Of a DNA stretch of 64,000 nucleotides, positions 11,145 through 23,005 are shown one piece after another. A program made the translations under genes and the position numbers. The stretch is from contig CM059433.1 of NCBI GenBank assembly GCA_030390025.1, positions 1,674,001 to 1,738,000 on the forward strand, written 5' to 3'. The notes under the pieces were generated by a model. That model had not been told where the DNA came from. It made no database searches and worked only from the letters and a program-made list of their open reading frames with translations. Source of the stretch: Squalus acanthias. Lineage: Eukaryota. The stretch's first letter is position 1; the number at the start of each line of letters is the position of its first letter.

Positions 11145-13150
11145 TGGGTACAAATTGGTCTTGGGCGTTAACGCAATATGGGCGAGGGCGAATTGGCCAT
11201 CCGTTTCATGCCTCGCCCGATTATCTTTACTAGTAACTTCAATGAAAAAGAAAACGGTGCGGAGAGTGAATCGTGCGGAGTGTGAATCGTGCGGAGTGTG
11301 AATCGTGTGGAGTGTGAATCGTGTGGATTGTGAATCGTGCGGAGTGTGAATCGTGCAGAGTGTGAATCGTGTGGAGTTTGAATCGTGTGGAGTGTGAATC
11401 GTGCGGAGTGTGAATCGTGCGGAGTGTGAATCGTGCAGAGTGTGAATCGTGTGGAGTTTGAATCGTGTGGAGTGTGAATCGTGTGGAGTGTGAATCGTGT
11501 GCACTGTGAATCGTGCGGAGTGTGAATCGTGTGGACTGTGAATCGTGTGGAGTGTGAATCGTGTGCACTGTGAATCGTGCGGAGTGTGAATCGTGTGGAG
11601 TGTGAATCGTGTGGACTGTGAATCGTGTGCACTGTGAATCGTGGGGAGTGTGAATCGTGCGGAGTGTGAATCGTGTGGACTGTGAATCGTGTGGAGTGTG
11701 AATCGTGTGCACTGTGAATCGTGCGGAGTGTGAATCGTGTGGAGTGTGAATCGTGTGGACTGTGAATCGTGCGGAGTGTGAATCGTGTGGAGTGTGAATC
11801 GTGTGCAGTATGAATCGTGCGGAGTGTGAATCGTGTGGAGTGTGAATCATGTGGAGTTTGAATCGTGTGGAGTGTGAATCGAGCGGAGTGTGAATCGTGT
11901 GGAGTTTCAATCGTGTGGAGTGTGAATCGTGTGGAGTGTGAATCGTGCGGAGTGTGAATCGTGTGGAGTGTGAATCGTGCGGAGTGTGAATCGTGCGGAG
12001 TGTGAATCGTGCGGAGTGTGAATCATGTGGAGTGTGAATCGTGCGGAGTGTGAATCGTGGGGAGTATGAATCGTGCGGAGTGTGAATCGTGTGCAGTGTG
12101 AATCGTGCGGAGTGTGAATCGTGCGGAGTGTGAATCGTGGGGAGTATGAATCGTGCGGAGTGTGAATCGTGTGCAGTGTGAATCGTGCGGAGTGTGAATC
12201 GTGTGGAGTGTGAATCGTGCGGAGTGTGAATCGTGCGGAGTGTGAATCGTGCGGAGTGTGAATCATGTGGAGTGTGAATCGTGTGCAGTGTGAATTGTGC
12301 GGAGTGTGAATCGTGTGCAGTGTGAATCGTGCGGAGTGTGAATCGTGCGGAGTGTGAATCGTGTGGAGTATGAATCGTGCGGTGTGTGAATCGTGCCGAG
12401 TGTGAATCATGTGGAGTGTGAATCGTGTGCAGTGTGAATTGTGCGGAGTGTGAATCATGTGCAGTGTGAATCGTGCGGAGTGTGAATCGTGTGGAGTGTG
12501 AATCGTGCGGAGTGTGAATCGTGCGGAGTGTGAATCATGTGGAGTGTGAATCGTATGCAGTGTGAACCGTGTGCAGTGTGAATCGTGCGGAGTGTGAATC
12601 GTGCGGAGTGTGAATCGTGCGGAGTGTGAATCGTGTGCAGTGTGAATCGTGCGGAGTGTGAATCGTGCGGAGTGTGAATTGTGTGGAGTGTGAATCGTGT
12701 GGAGTGTGAATCGTGCGGAGTGTGAATCGGGCAGAGTGTGAATCGGGCGGAGTGTGAATCGGGCAGAGTGTGAATCGTGCGGAGTGTGAATCGGGCAGAG
12801 TGTGAATCGTGCGGAGTGTGAATCGTGCGGAGTGTGACTCAGGCGGAGTGTGAATCGTGCGGAGTGTGAATCGGGCGGAGTGTGAATCGTGCGGAGTGTG
12901 AATCGGGCAGAGTGTGAATCGGGCAGAGTGTGAATCGTGCGGAGTGTGAATCGGGCAGAGTGTGAATCGTGCGGAGTGTGAATCGTGCGGAGTGTGACTC
13001 AGGCGGAGTGTGAATAGTGCGGAGTGTGAATCGGGCAGAGTGTGAATCGTGCGGAGTGTGAATCGTGCGGAGTGTGAATCGTGCGGAGTGTGAGTCCGGC
13101 GGCCGATTTACTATCGTCTGTTTTGCGCTACCGCCCAGAATGTATACCCC
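11145..13150. mobile_element. MITE inflated to ~2 kb by an internal minisatellite
   Basis: Left 'gggtacaaatt..ttgggcgttaacgcaatatgggcga..gaattggcc' is an imperfect inverted repeat of right 'ggccgatttactatcgtctgttttgcgctaccgcccagaatgtatacccc'. Confidence 0.65.
11257..13093 (+). repeat. 16-bp minisatellite, ~115 copies (tgtgaatcgtgcggag and variants)
   Basis: Direct reading; 16-aa (3-unit) periodicity in the minus-strand ORFs. Confidence 0.97.
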
Positions 13151-13666
13151 ACAATATGCCCTAATATGGGCAGGCGCATTCCAATGACAGATTTGTCGCC
13201 ATCAATGTCCTACATTCCTGGTGCCCCAGGGTTGCTATAGCAAAGGAGTGGGACATTTAAAATTTAAATCCCCAAGGGAGTGTAATCGAACAGGGCTCAG
13301 CTCACCACTCTCCTTCTGCTCGGGATTTTTGAAATGTAGATAAACATTCTGCAGCCGCCTGGTCCAGAGGCACCTGATCACTCTTTGCTCCAGCAGGATC
13401 TGGAGGCCTCCCGCAGTGATTCCCCAGCACTCCCCAGGGCGGGCTCCCTGACCCAGGCACGAGTCCTGCTGACTGCCCGGGGTCAGTGCTACAGCCGCAG
13501 CCTGGGTGGAGGCCACCATCCTGCCAAAGTTACAGTGGCAGTGAGGCCCGGTGAGGAAAATCCTGCCCAATATCTATTCTCAGATTGTTGTGCATCGAAA
13601 CAAGCTGGGCCATTTTCTACGAGTGAATCTAATTTTCTATCCTGTACGAACCGTGACAGAAAGCAA

Positions 13667-13728
13667 AACAACAACAACTTGCATTTATAGAGCGCCTTTA
13701 ACGTAGTGGAACGTCCTGAGGGGCTTCA
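13667..13728 (-). mobile_element. SINE/LINE 3' tail fragment
   Basis: 'aacaacaacaacttgcatttatagagcgcctttaacgtag' resembles the reverse complement of the SINE tail. Confidence 0.6.
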
Positions 13729-14576
13729 GCCAATAACATGATCTGGTAATCCTATAACCCGCTGATATATTCACCCGACAACTACAGCCAGAATCCCCCT
13801 GCACTGCACAAAGTGCTTCCCAGTCGATGGAACTTTGAACAGGCCCCATCTCTCTCCCTATCTCCAGGGACTCTGGTTTGGACTCAGGTTCTGTGTGAAG
13901 GTGACAGACAACTCTGACGTTTTGGGAGCCTCAGTCGGTGTCGATTCGTACTTTGACTTCACGCGTCAAAACTGGGCGGCACACACCGACCTCAACCAAA
14001 CCGAGGGATCACACTGAGGGCCGCGGGATGGGTGTTTGGGGAACTTCTCACAGGGCACAGCATCCCAAACTCACCTCGGCTCCCACATTTCTCAACCACT
14101 CCCCGACTTCACTGCCAATAAAGGAGAATTTTCATCGAATTCTAGAAATGACAGCCCAGGGCGAGGCCATTCGGAGCTGGTGCTTGTTCCAGTGCTGGCA
14201 CTCTCACTCTGCTGTGACAATTCCCCCAGATGCTTCTATATTCCTCCTTTTCAAAGACTGAGCCATTTCTCTTTGAAACGATATTCAAGTCTCTGCCTCA
14301 ATAGCCACTATTGGCGAAGCATCCCATAATCCGATAGTCCTCAGTGCATAAACCTTCCTTCTCCCTTCCCCCTTGGCTCTTCCCGTCAGAATCCTCAGTC
14401 TCCGTCCCCTTGTTTCCCATTCGCCCACTGGTGGAAACAGCCTTTCACCGTTTTCCCACAGTAAGGTCCTTCGGTTTCACTGACCCCATTACTGGCTGCT
14501 CCTCAGTGTCGCTCCCACTCACCACGTTGCTGCTGCTCCTGGCTCTGTGGGAAAAAGGGGGGCCCCAAGCCCAGCT

Positions 14577-14886
14577 CATTCCCCAGTCTCCCTCTCTCCC
14601 CGAGCCCCCATTCCCCAGTCTCCCTCTCTCCCCGAGCCCCCATTCCCCAGTCTCCCTCTCTCCCAGAGCCCCCATTCCCCAGTCTCCCTCTCTCCCCAAG
14701 CCCCCATTCCCCAGTCTCCCTCTCTCTCCCCGAGCCCCTATTCCCCAGTCTCCCTCTCTCCCCGAGCCCTCATTCCCCAGTCTCCCTCTCTCCCCGAGCC
14801 CCCATTCCCCAGTTTCCCTCTCTCTCCCCGAGCCCTCATTCCCCAGTCTCCCTCTCTCCCTGAGCCCCCATTCCCCAGTCTCTCTC
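14577..14886 (+). repeat. ~32-bp pyrimidine-rich minisatellite, ~9-10 copies (ccccagtctccctctctccccgagcccccatt)
   Basis: Direct reading. Confidence 0.93.
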
Positions 14887-17278
14887 ATTCAATGCACCCT
14901 CTTCAAAACGACTATCCAAATCCTTATGGATAAATCAGGAAGGAATGAATAGGTAATAGTCGGCTTGGGTTTTAAAGGCTTGTAGATTGTTGGATAGCAC
15001 AGATGTGTGACGGTTAATGAATCATGGATGCTCTATTTTGCTAGTGCAGATTTAACAGATTAACAATTTAAACTTTTACTGGTTTAACCTATTCTAAGTG
15101 CTGGAAATTTGGTAGTTTCCTGTTTTTATTGCTTCTATTTTGTGCCAAATAAAATTTTCATGAAGGCATTCGAAAACATGTCACCCAGTGGAGAAGATTT
15201 TCTGTCTTTGCTACTTGCAGAGAAATTATAAACACCAGTATAAATAACAAATTTACAATCCCCCCCACCCGTCTGATGCTGTATTCTGTGTGTGTGTGTG
15301 CGGGACGGGCGGGGGGCAAGAGGGAACTGAACTTTCCCGTTTTACCCAAAGTCAGGGAAGGAGTTAACTACCAACGTAAATAGATGCAAAAAAGGTAGAG
15401 ACTTGCATTCCAGTGACTGCTCCCTTCTAATGATTTTTGTTTGAATGAAAGTGCTGCCCTTGTTGTGAAAATATGCACCTCATGGTGTGTTCAGCCCAAC
15501 AGAAATAGTTTAAAACCTTTTTAGTTATCTTTAGGATTCTTTATTTATAATGCTGCTATTTATCATCAAAGTTTATAAATTTAAACCTGCCGATAGCCTT
15601 CAGAACTCAGTAGGTCATCCATTCAATATTTGGTTACATTGGTACTGGAGTCAAGTCAGTAAAGTCTCTGTCCTGCAGCCCCTTTTATTATTCTGAGCGA
15701 GACCGAACCAGTGACCTTGGCTGTGCATGTTTCTTTGCTCAACAGAAAAGAATCCCTAGCACTACTTTAAAGACAGTATGAGAAATCACTTCCTGTAATT
15801 TGTATAGCTTCTGATCAACTGCACATTGTCAAGCACTTTACTTTAAACTAATAATAAACAAGCCCACGTTAGTTTATTGACATTGTGACTTTGTGCCATC
15901 AGTGGCCATGCAGAAACTGAGTACGATTCAATTTAGCTGGCTTTTAAATGTTAGGAAGGTTTACAGACAACATATGGTGTAGGAAAAGTTATTGGTATCG
16001 TTTATATGGAATGTTGCTACTTACAGTTTAAAATTTCAGGACTTATTTTTGGAGTCGTTGATCTCCTCCCCCAATGATATATAAGCCTAGAAGTTGCTGT
16101 TGGTGCAATTTAATTTCAACTGAGCTTTACTTTAGGTTTTTCAGTGATGCAAAGAAAACTGCTGAACACCTGATTGTATGGATTTAACTTGAATGGCCAC
16201 AGCATGGACTGTACAGTGAGGAGTCACGTTGATTTTAATAGAGAGGAAGACTTGTAACGTGCAATGATGAGCGGTTTAAACCCGTGATATGGCCCAGGCC
16301 AGCTGTTACCGCAACAATCTTGCCAAACAATGCAGTCAGCCAGATAGAATATAGCCAGGCTTGCAGGTGAGACCTTGGAAGCCCCGTTGGAAGGAGTGAG
16401 GGAGGAGAGGGAGACACAGGATTGTAGAGCTCGGCACTCCCCCTAGAAGAGAAGCAGGCATGGGAGCAAATTAATGAAAGGGTTCCTGCTGCCCCCTGAA
16501 GCCCCAGAACATGAAAGGGTTTCGGGATGACGATGTCATCTTGACAAAATCCCCTAAACCAAGCAGACAATTTTTGTGATGTGTGACACACACCCGCCAC
16601 AAGTAGACATACAAGACAGCCACCTCTGATAACTATTTCATTCTTTTACGATATATTATACAAAGCTATAACAGGGCGCTGCCCAGATTTGATCTTACCG
16701 TAATAGAAGGAGCCCAAGGAATGTTTATGTATGAATAGGGACTTTAAGGATGTATGTTCTACAAACAGTTACCAGGTTCTTATGACAACCTGTGTGCACA
16801 GCAGATATTTGTAAAGGGACTTTCCACAAGGACCTTTCATTTTAACATTCTATCATGAAGGTTCACCTCTAAAGTCCAGTGCTCGGGGAGCACTGAATCC
16901 AATACTCATTTTAAGCATATTTCACTACTTTGAAGCACTACTATGCAGCAGTTCAGCTCTCACGACAGACAAGTGGTTTGCTTCCTCTGTTAATTAGCTT
17001 CAATCGAGGCAATAACAATGTGGGTCTTCACTACTGTCGCACATGACAGCTACTTCCTCACAACGTCAGTTTGGCAGCGTACACGAAACAGTCAGGAAAT
17101 GTACTTTACTCTGAAATTAACCCTCAAATAATGCAGGAGAGCTACTGGCAACAGTGACCTCCGTGCAATAACGCTTTACCTTATAATTCTCCATTCTAAA
17201 CCACAAATAGCACAGAATGAATTAACAATGAAAAATGTTACTGCGAATCTACGTATTCAACTCCCAGCATTCTTAGTT

Positions 17279-17321
17279 CAAGTCATCCTCGGTTCCGAGG
17301 GACTGCCTATGAAGAAGAAGA
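17279..17321 (+). mobile_element. RTE LINE extreme 3' tail (about 43 bp)
   Basis: 'caagtcatcctcggttccgagggactgccta' is identical to the RTE 3' UTR at 57109-57139, followed by a (gaa)n tail. Confidence 0.85.
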
Positions 17322-17530
17322 GTTGTACACAATGAAGGGAAATTACCTTCACCAGCATTCCTTGGAGATGAACACAGGATGCAGAGATGCTGAGGAGGTT
17401 TATCCATGAATTGGAATATAGGCAAAGAGGGGAAAGTTCAGTCAAACAGCAGCAACTAACGATCCATCACTAACTTGTTTTCTTCTCTTTCATAAAAAAA
17501 AATGAACACAAGAAAATTCTCGGAAATTTA

Positions 17531-17978
17531 AGGATAAAATTGGTTCTGGCCCATTTTTCGGCGCATCGCTAGCCCCCCCCCCAACCAGCAGGCCCGAGGC
17601 TCGCCCAAAATTGGACCTCGGGCCTTGCAATAATAATTTGAATGAGCTGCCGGTGCCTGTTGCCCCTCCACAGGCAGCTCGTCTATTGGAAGGGAAGAGA
17701 ACTCCTGCTGCTCTGGGAATGGTTTTTAAAGAAAATATTTCCTCCTTGGTGGTGACTGCAGTTGAAGAATCCTCAAGCCTGCTCCGCTCATCGCCGGCCA
17801 ATTGTGTGAAAGAGGCATTCGGCCTCTTATTTACATCTGGGCAGCTGTCTATACCAATGTAGTGGCACCCTTACCTCAGGGCACTGATTGGGTGCAGGAC
17901 ATTGCACCCTGAAATTGTTCCTTGTTGCACCCATTTTACACCCGTAACAGGGTGCATTGAGGTTCAATTTCTACCCCT
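17531..17978. mobile_element. Decayed TIR element (MITE-like)
   Basis: Left 'aggataaaattgg', right 'caatttctacccc'; GC-rich interior in AT-rich flanks. Confidence 0.45.
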
Positions 17979-18409
17979 TATCTTTGAATCGCAATGTTAC
18001 AATAGCCCGAAACTACGCAGTGGGATTGTGTCGTACAATGTTAATTTCCTCTCTCTGCTAGGTTAGCAGATCCAGTAACCCTTTCACAACAAACAGCTCA
18101 GTCCTGAAGTGCTCTGCGCACGATTTTCCAATATGCGCTCCCGATGAATGAGGCTCCACACTGGGAGCACAAAGTCAGAAAATTATTCCTTAAATTTTAT
18201 ACTAATCAGAACAAAGGAGGAAAAGCCAAGACTTGTGGTTGTTTTAAGAGGGAGGGTCCATTAAAACTCATTTTAAAGCCGAAGTTAAGTAGAGAAGCAT
18301 CTATTCCTAAAACTAGCATATATTATTCTTGCAGTTAACAACCCCAGGCTGATTGATACATTGCACATTCATTTAAAAAAGAGGAAGAAAAGCAAATATC
18401 AAAACTTTT

Positions 18410-18962
18410 GGGGGGGAAAATTGGGTGGCGCCTATTTTGGGGCGTTAACGTCGCCGGGGCGCTGAAAAAGTTAGCGCCCCTCCACCGTAAATTCAGTGGT
18501 AGCGCCCCAAGCAGGAGGTGCAGCGCTACTGGAAAGCACTCCTGGAAAGCGCTCCACCTCCTGCTTGGGGCGCTACCACTGAATTTCACGGCACGTAGCG
18601 CTGCGTCATTGCAGACATCGTCCCCTGATTAAAGGGGCGGGGCCTAGCGCTGCGCTCACCGGGGCCCTGCTGGACCACCAGGGAGCGGGGTGCCGGGAAA
18701 GCAGCCCGGCACTCAAGAGGAGCGATCGTGGCCGGCACCCCGCATGAAAAAGTGAAAGGGGGCAGGTGCTGGCAGTCGGCCAAAATAAAGATGGCCTGCC
18801 CGACACCTGCCCCTTTAAGTAGCGCCGCCGCCGCTGCCAAACTGCCCTCTGACCCTGTCGCACACATCGCCCGGCGACAGGTCAGGGGGCGCAAGGGAAG
18901 TTTGCGGCCGGGGGCTTTTAAAAGTTAGCACCCCAAACGGGGCTATATTGAATTTCTCCCTC
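18410..18962. mobile_element. Non-autonomous TIR element, related to 23006-23877
   Basis: ggggggaaaattgg...aatttctccc ends; the right end reverse-complemented (gggagaaattcaatatagccccgtttggggtgc) matches the left end of the 23006 element. Confidence 0.75.
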
Positions 18963-19599
18963 TAAGTGCTCTGATTTAGGATTCATCCACCAGTGAGGCC
19001 ACTGTGCTGAAAACAGATTATCCAAATCTCCAGGCCCATAAAATTCAAGTAGGAGAAATAAGCAACTAAGAAATAAGTGAGAATAGGCTTTAGCTGCTTG
19101 TGGTTTGAGGGCTGCATTGTCAGGACTTTTCCAGTAGACATACGGCCCACAGGCTGCAGTTTGGACAATGCTGCCCTTGACAACCAAAATAGGAAATGGT
19201 GCACATCAAGCCCGCTTTTCCTCAATGATGTGAATCAAATCTATCAATGGCCTGGATGTTACTGCTGGTGATGTTATCATACGCTCCAGCTAAAATAACC
19301 GAGAGAAGAATTTGAGAAGAGCGCCTTAAGCGTTCATACAATAACATCGCCCACAGGCTCAAACTCATTCCTTTGTATTTAATATGTTCTGCATAAATAT
19401 ACCGAATCCCCAAAGATTATAAAAGTCCAAAATATCTATCCAGCTCCACTATTCAAGCCTAGTCTGCTTCCATAGGGCGCCCCCACCACCCTCTCACCCC
19501 CCACCCCGCCCCACCCTGGGCAAAACTGTCTTGGTAGACCAAAGGTTGTCAGCAACTGAAGAAAAAAAATCCCACCAGATAATAATGTGCCTCAATAAT

Positions 19600-20364
19600 G
19601 GCCCAGAAATTCGTCTCCCTGGCTTCCCGCGGGTGCAAGGATCCCACGCGCACCTACCTACCGCGCCTGCCGTTGACCTCTGGGCCCACGGGGACTTCAG
19701 CTCCTGGGCCTGCTCCAAGTGCCGGCGTGCAGTGCTTGTGTATCCCAGGGGCGTAGTTAGTGCGATGCGTCCCTTGGGATCACGTGGGCCATGGAGAGCC
19801 AATGGCAGCAGACCATCTTTCTTTCATAGATTTGACAGGAAGACCTCTCAAATCTATGAATTGAAATCGGCCCCAAAACAACGCCTAAACTTCAAATAAA
19901 TTTTAAGAAAACCATCACATTTTTAAAATAACTATAAGTTAAATAAATTAACTACTTTAAACAAAAATTTAAATTTTTGAAAAAATTAAAATACTTTTTA
20001 ACAGTGCTAAAAATAAACTTACCTTTCTTTAAAGTATCTAAAAAAGATAAACCTGTTGACATTTTTTTTAAATTATAATTAATTAACCACTTACCTTGTT
20101 AAAAACGGGTCCTGCGCCTCCTTTTTAAAAGCGCAGGTTCTTCAATACTTACCTTCCCGGAGAAACCTGAAAAAAAACCTAAGTTTGCTGCGTGCGCGCA
20201 GCCTCTACCGCGCACGCGGTTCACCTCTGAACCGCTCCCTTCACCAGACCGGAAGTTCCGGTTTCCCGCGCATGCGCAGTGCATGCAGGAAACCGGCACT
20301 TCAGGTGGCCTTACGGGTGAGTACACAGTGCGTACTCACCCGGCAAGTGCCGAATTTCTGGCCC
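19600..20364. mobile_element. Non-autonomous TIR element (~765 bp) with AT-rich core
   Basis: TIRs ggcccagaaattcg / cgaatttctggccc; colinear with 63579-64000 and related (inverted) to 53674-54413; flanks AAT/AGT. Confidence 0.85.
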
Positions 20365-20461
20365 AGTGACTTTGTGCACAGTGCAACAACTGTGACAACC
20401 CCATTTTGAGGTCATTACCAACCCATTAGTGCCAATTTCAGCCAGTTCAAATCGGCCCATT

Positions 20462-20672
20462 GATGTCCTGGCCAATTGTTTTTTTTAAACAACATCACTA
20501 AAACAGATTATCCGGTCATTTATCTGACTGCTGCTTGTGGGATCTTGCTGTGCACAAATTGGCTGTCGCTTTTCCTACATTACTACAGTGATTACACCTC
20601 AAAAGTACTTCATTGGCTGTAAAGTGTTTTGGGACGTCCTGAGGTGTGATAGGTGATATATAAATGCAAGTT
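20462..20672 (+). mobile_element. Deu-domain SINE 3' half
   Basis: 'tgtcctggccaat...aacatcactaaaacagattatccggtcatt...aagtacttcattggctgtaaag...tataaatgcaag'. Confidence 0.85.
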
Positions 20673-23005
20673 ATTTCTAGTTTGGTGATTGCCAAAACAT
20701 TGAAACATTCCTTAAGAGCAGTTGTCGAGGTAGAGAAAATGTGAGTGGGCTTATTATTCTGTTTCCAGTAAAGTAATGCCAACACTCGACAATGAGCAAA
20801 CAGCCTAGCTCTGGTCACCTTATTGTAAAGCAAGTAGGCACGTTGGAAAGGTTTGATGCGGGACAGCAGCCTCCCTTTTAAAAAATGTTAGCAACCATGT
20901 CAATGCATTCTTCACTCTTGAGATCAATGCCCTTGAGTAGTATTTTATTCCACAATATGAATCAGCTTGGCATCTATTTCCAGTTGTATTCACACTTCGA
21001 GGCACAGTAAGAGGGGAGCCATTTCCTCGCAGCATTGGAGAAGCCATATTAAAGCAAAAGACAAAGTGAAACAGCATGAGTCTGAATTTGCAACAGATTT
21101 CATTGTTACAAGGAATGGAAAAGCGAGCCTTGCCTTCTTGTATTTTGTTTTTGAAGAATTTCCCTGACCCCAATTTTCTATTAACTTCTGTACCAGCACC
21201 AAACTGCGTAACAGATCAGTGAAATGTTGAACCACACTATTGCGGACCACACACTGCTACGGACATCTGGACATAATCTCAACCTTTACTGGCGAATTTC
21301 AGAGTGAGCCTGTCCTTCTCCATGATCCTTTTTTTTTATCTCTCTGGGAATATGTTACATTTTATTTAAAACAATTTAGCTTTTATCTCATTCACATACC
21401 ATAAGGGTGACCTATACTCAGTGTGGATAGGTACATGAAAGCAGGAGAAAAACGAGGTGAATTCCTTTTTTGTTCCATTATCCCCTCCTCAGCTTATCTT
21501 TGCTGAATCTCCTTTCGGACTCAGTGGGGTTCATCAATCAAATTTTACTTTATGTTGTCCTCCATAAGTTGTGTATATATTTGTTTCGATTTCAAATATG
21601 CAAAGTGTCTCTTCTTAAAACATTTTGTGCATCGTCACATTTGTACAGCTGTCTTTTCCTGTTTTAAACTCTACATTATTTGTATCAGCCAGTTATGCCT
21701 AGAAACTGAGATGAAAGGCTAAGGCTTGTACTGCAGGATACCACCAAGGTTGAAAAGGCAAGATTAATCAAGTAACAGTGATTGAGTAATGCTAAGCTTC
21801 TGTTTTAAAAGCCTATGGAGTCGATTTTAATTTGGGCGTGGGAGTCGGGTGTTGGGGGGACGGTGGGGGTTGCGGGGGCCAAAGCGGACGGCGATTTGAC
21901 TGACCGGCCAGGGTGAGGACCAAGGGATTTTTAAACTCTTTACAAAAAGATGGATCAATACTTAAAATGGTCTTCCCGGTAGTGGAGATTAAAAATCTTA
22001 GATTAATTCAAGACATAGTTAGATGGGGCGGGATAAAAGTATTTTTTTTGAACTCTGGATGTATGAGTTAAATTGGGCTGAATGGCCTCCCTCATCTATA
22101 ACTATCATGATTTTGTGCCAGTACTACACTCCCAACAACTTCTATGCTCTTGCCTGTCTGAATCTAACACTGAGATGCTCGCTAGTAAAAAATGACTTCA
22201 ATGGAAAGGACAACCGGGCGTGGTGTATAACGGGCGGTCGACCTGCGACCACCTGCTTTACGTTACCCCTCACCCGCCCCCCCCCCCGCTGAAGTTGAAA
22301 GCTCCAACCCACATGTGTCCTTCCTCTCCATGGAAAGAATCAACCGTAAGGTCAGGGCCCTGCCAGGAGAATTCTGGTCAGGGCCACCAGTTGGATTCAG
22401 TTCAGGGTCATCAGGAGGAGTCAGATCAATAAATCTCCGACTGTTTGCTGCCACGTGTAGATGCCTGGTAGCCGGGCCCTGTGCATGAAGCTCGCAAAGC
22501 ATTTTGCTCTTTTCTAAACTTATCTCGAAAGATCTTTAAGTCGTGTCTGTAAAAGAGGATTGGTGAAATCTTTGTTGGGCCATTTTGACGATGTTTTGAG
22601 CACTCTACAGCTGGGTGAATGAAATACTCTTCTTTTGGATTCTGGTCACATGAGAATGTAGATACCTGAGAAGTGTAAAAACAGCTCCTGTGATTCTAAT
22701 TTGGGCTCATTCTTTTCCTCAATATAAAGGCAATTGATCCTTTCTTCATGAAAAGAGAAAAATAAAACGCTTGAAGCCACAGTATGGGGCAGATTTTCCT
22801 CTTAAAGCTCTTGGGCGTAAAGGGTTGCCTGGATTTAGCACAGAGAGGAAAATCAGATGGAGAGAATCGAGGGTGTGTAACAGAATCTGACTGAGCTTCC
22901 ATCGGTTTTTCTTCAAAGCTTTACAGCTCGGCCTATTGTCATAAATATGAAATGAATAATTAATAATATTTCTTTAAGAGATGGATTTATAGATTATAAC
23001 AACAC

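Noticed and set aside
11082..12458. His/Thr-rich ORFs
   Set aside because: Translation of the 16-bp minisatellite
14449..14560. Minus-strand acceptor 'ccctttttcccacag' with a donor 22 nt (gtgagt) or 96 nt downstream
   Set aside because: Sits between a decayed CR1 and a minisatellite; the peptide is unrecognisable and there is no independent support
18410..18962. CpG-island or promoter-like GC-rich patches (also 19600, 23006, 53674)
   Set aside because: Each is bounded by TIRs and belongs to a multi-copy element family
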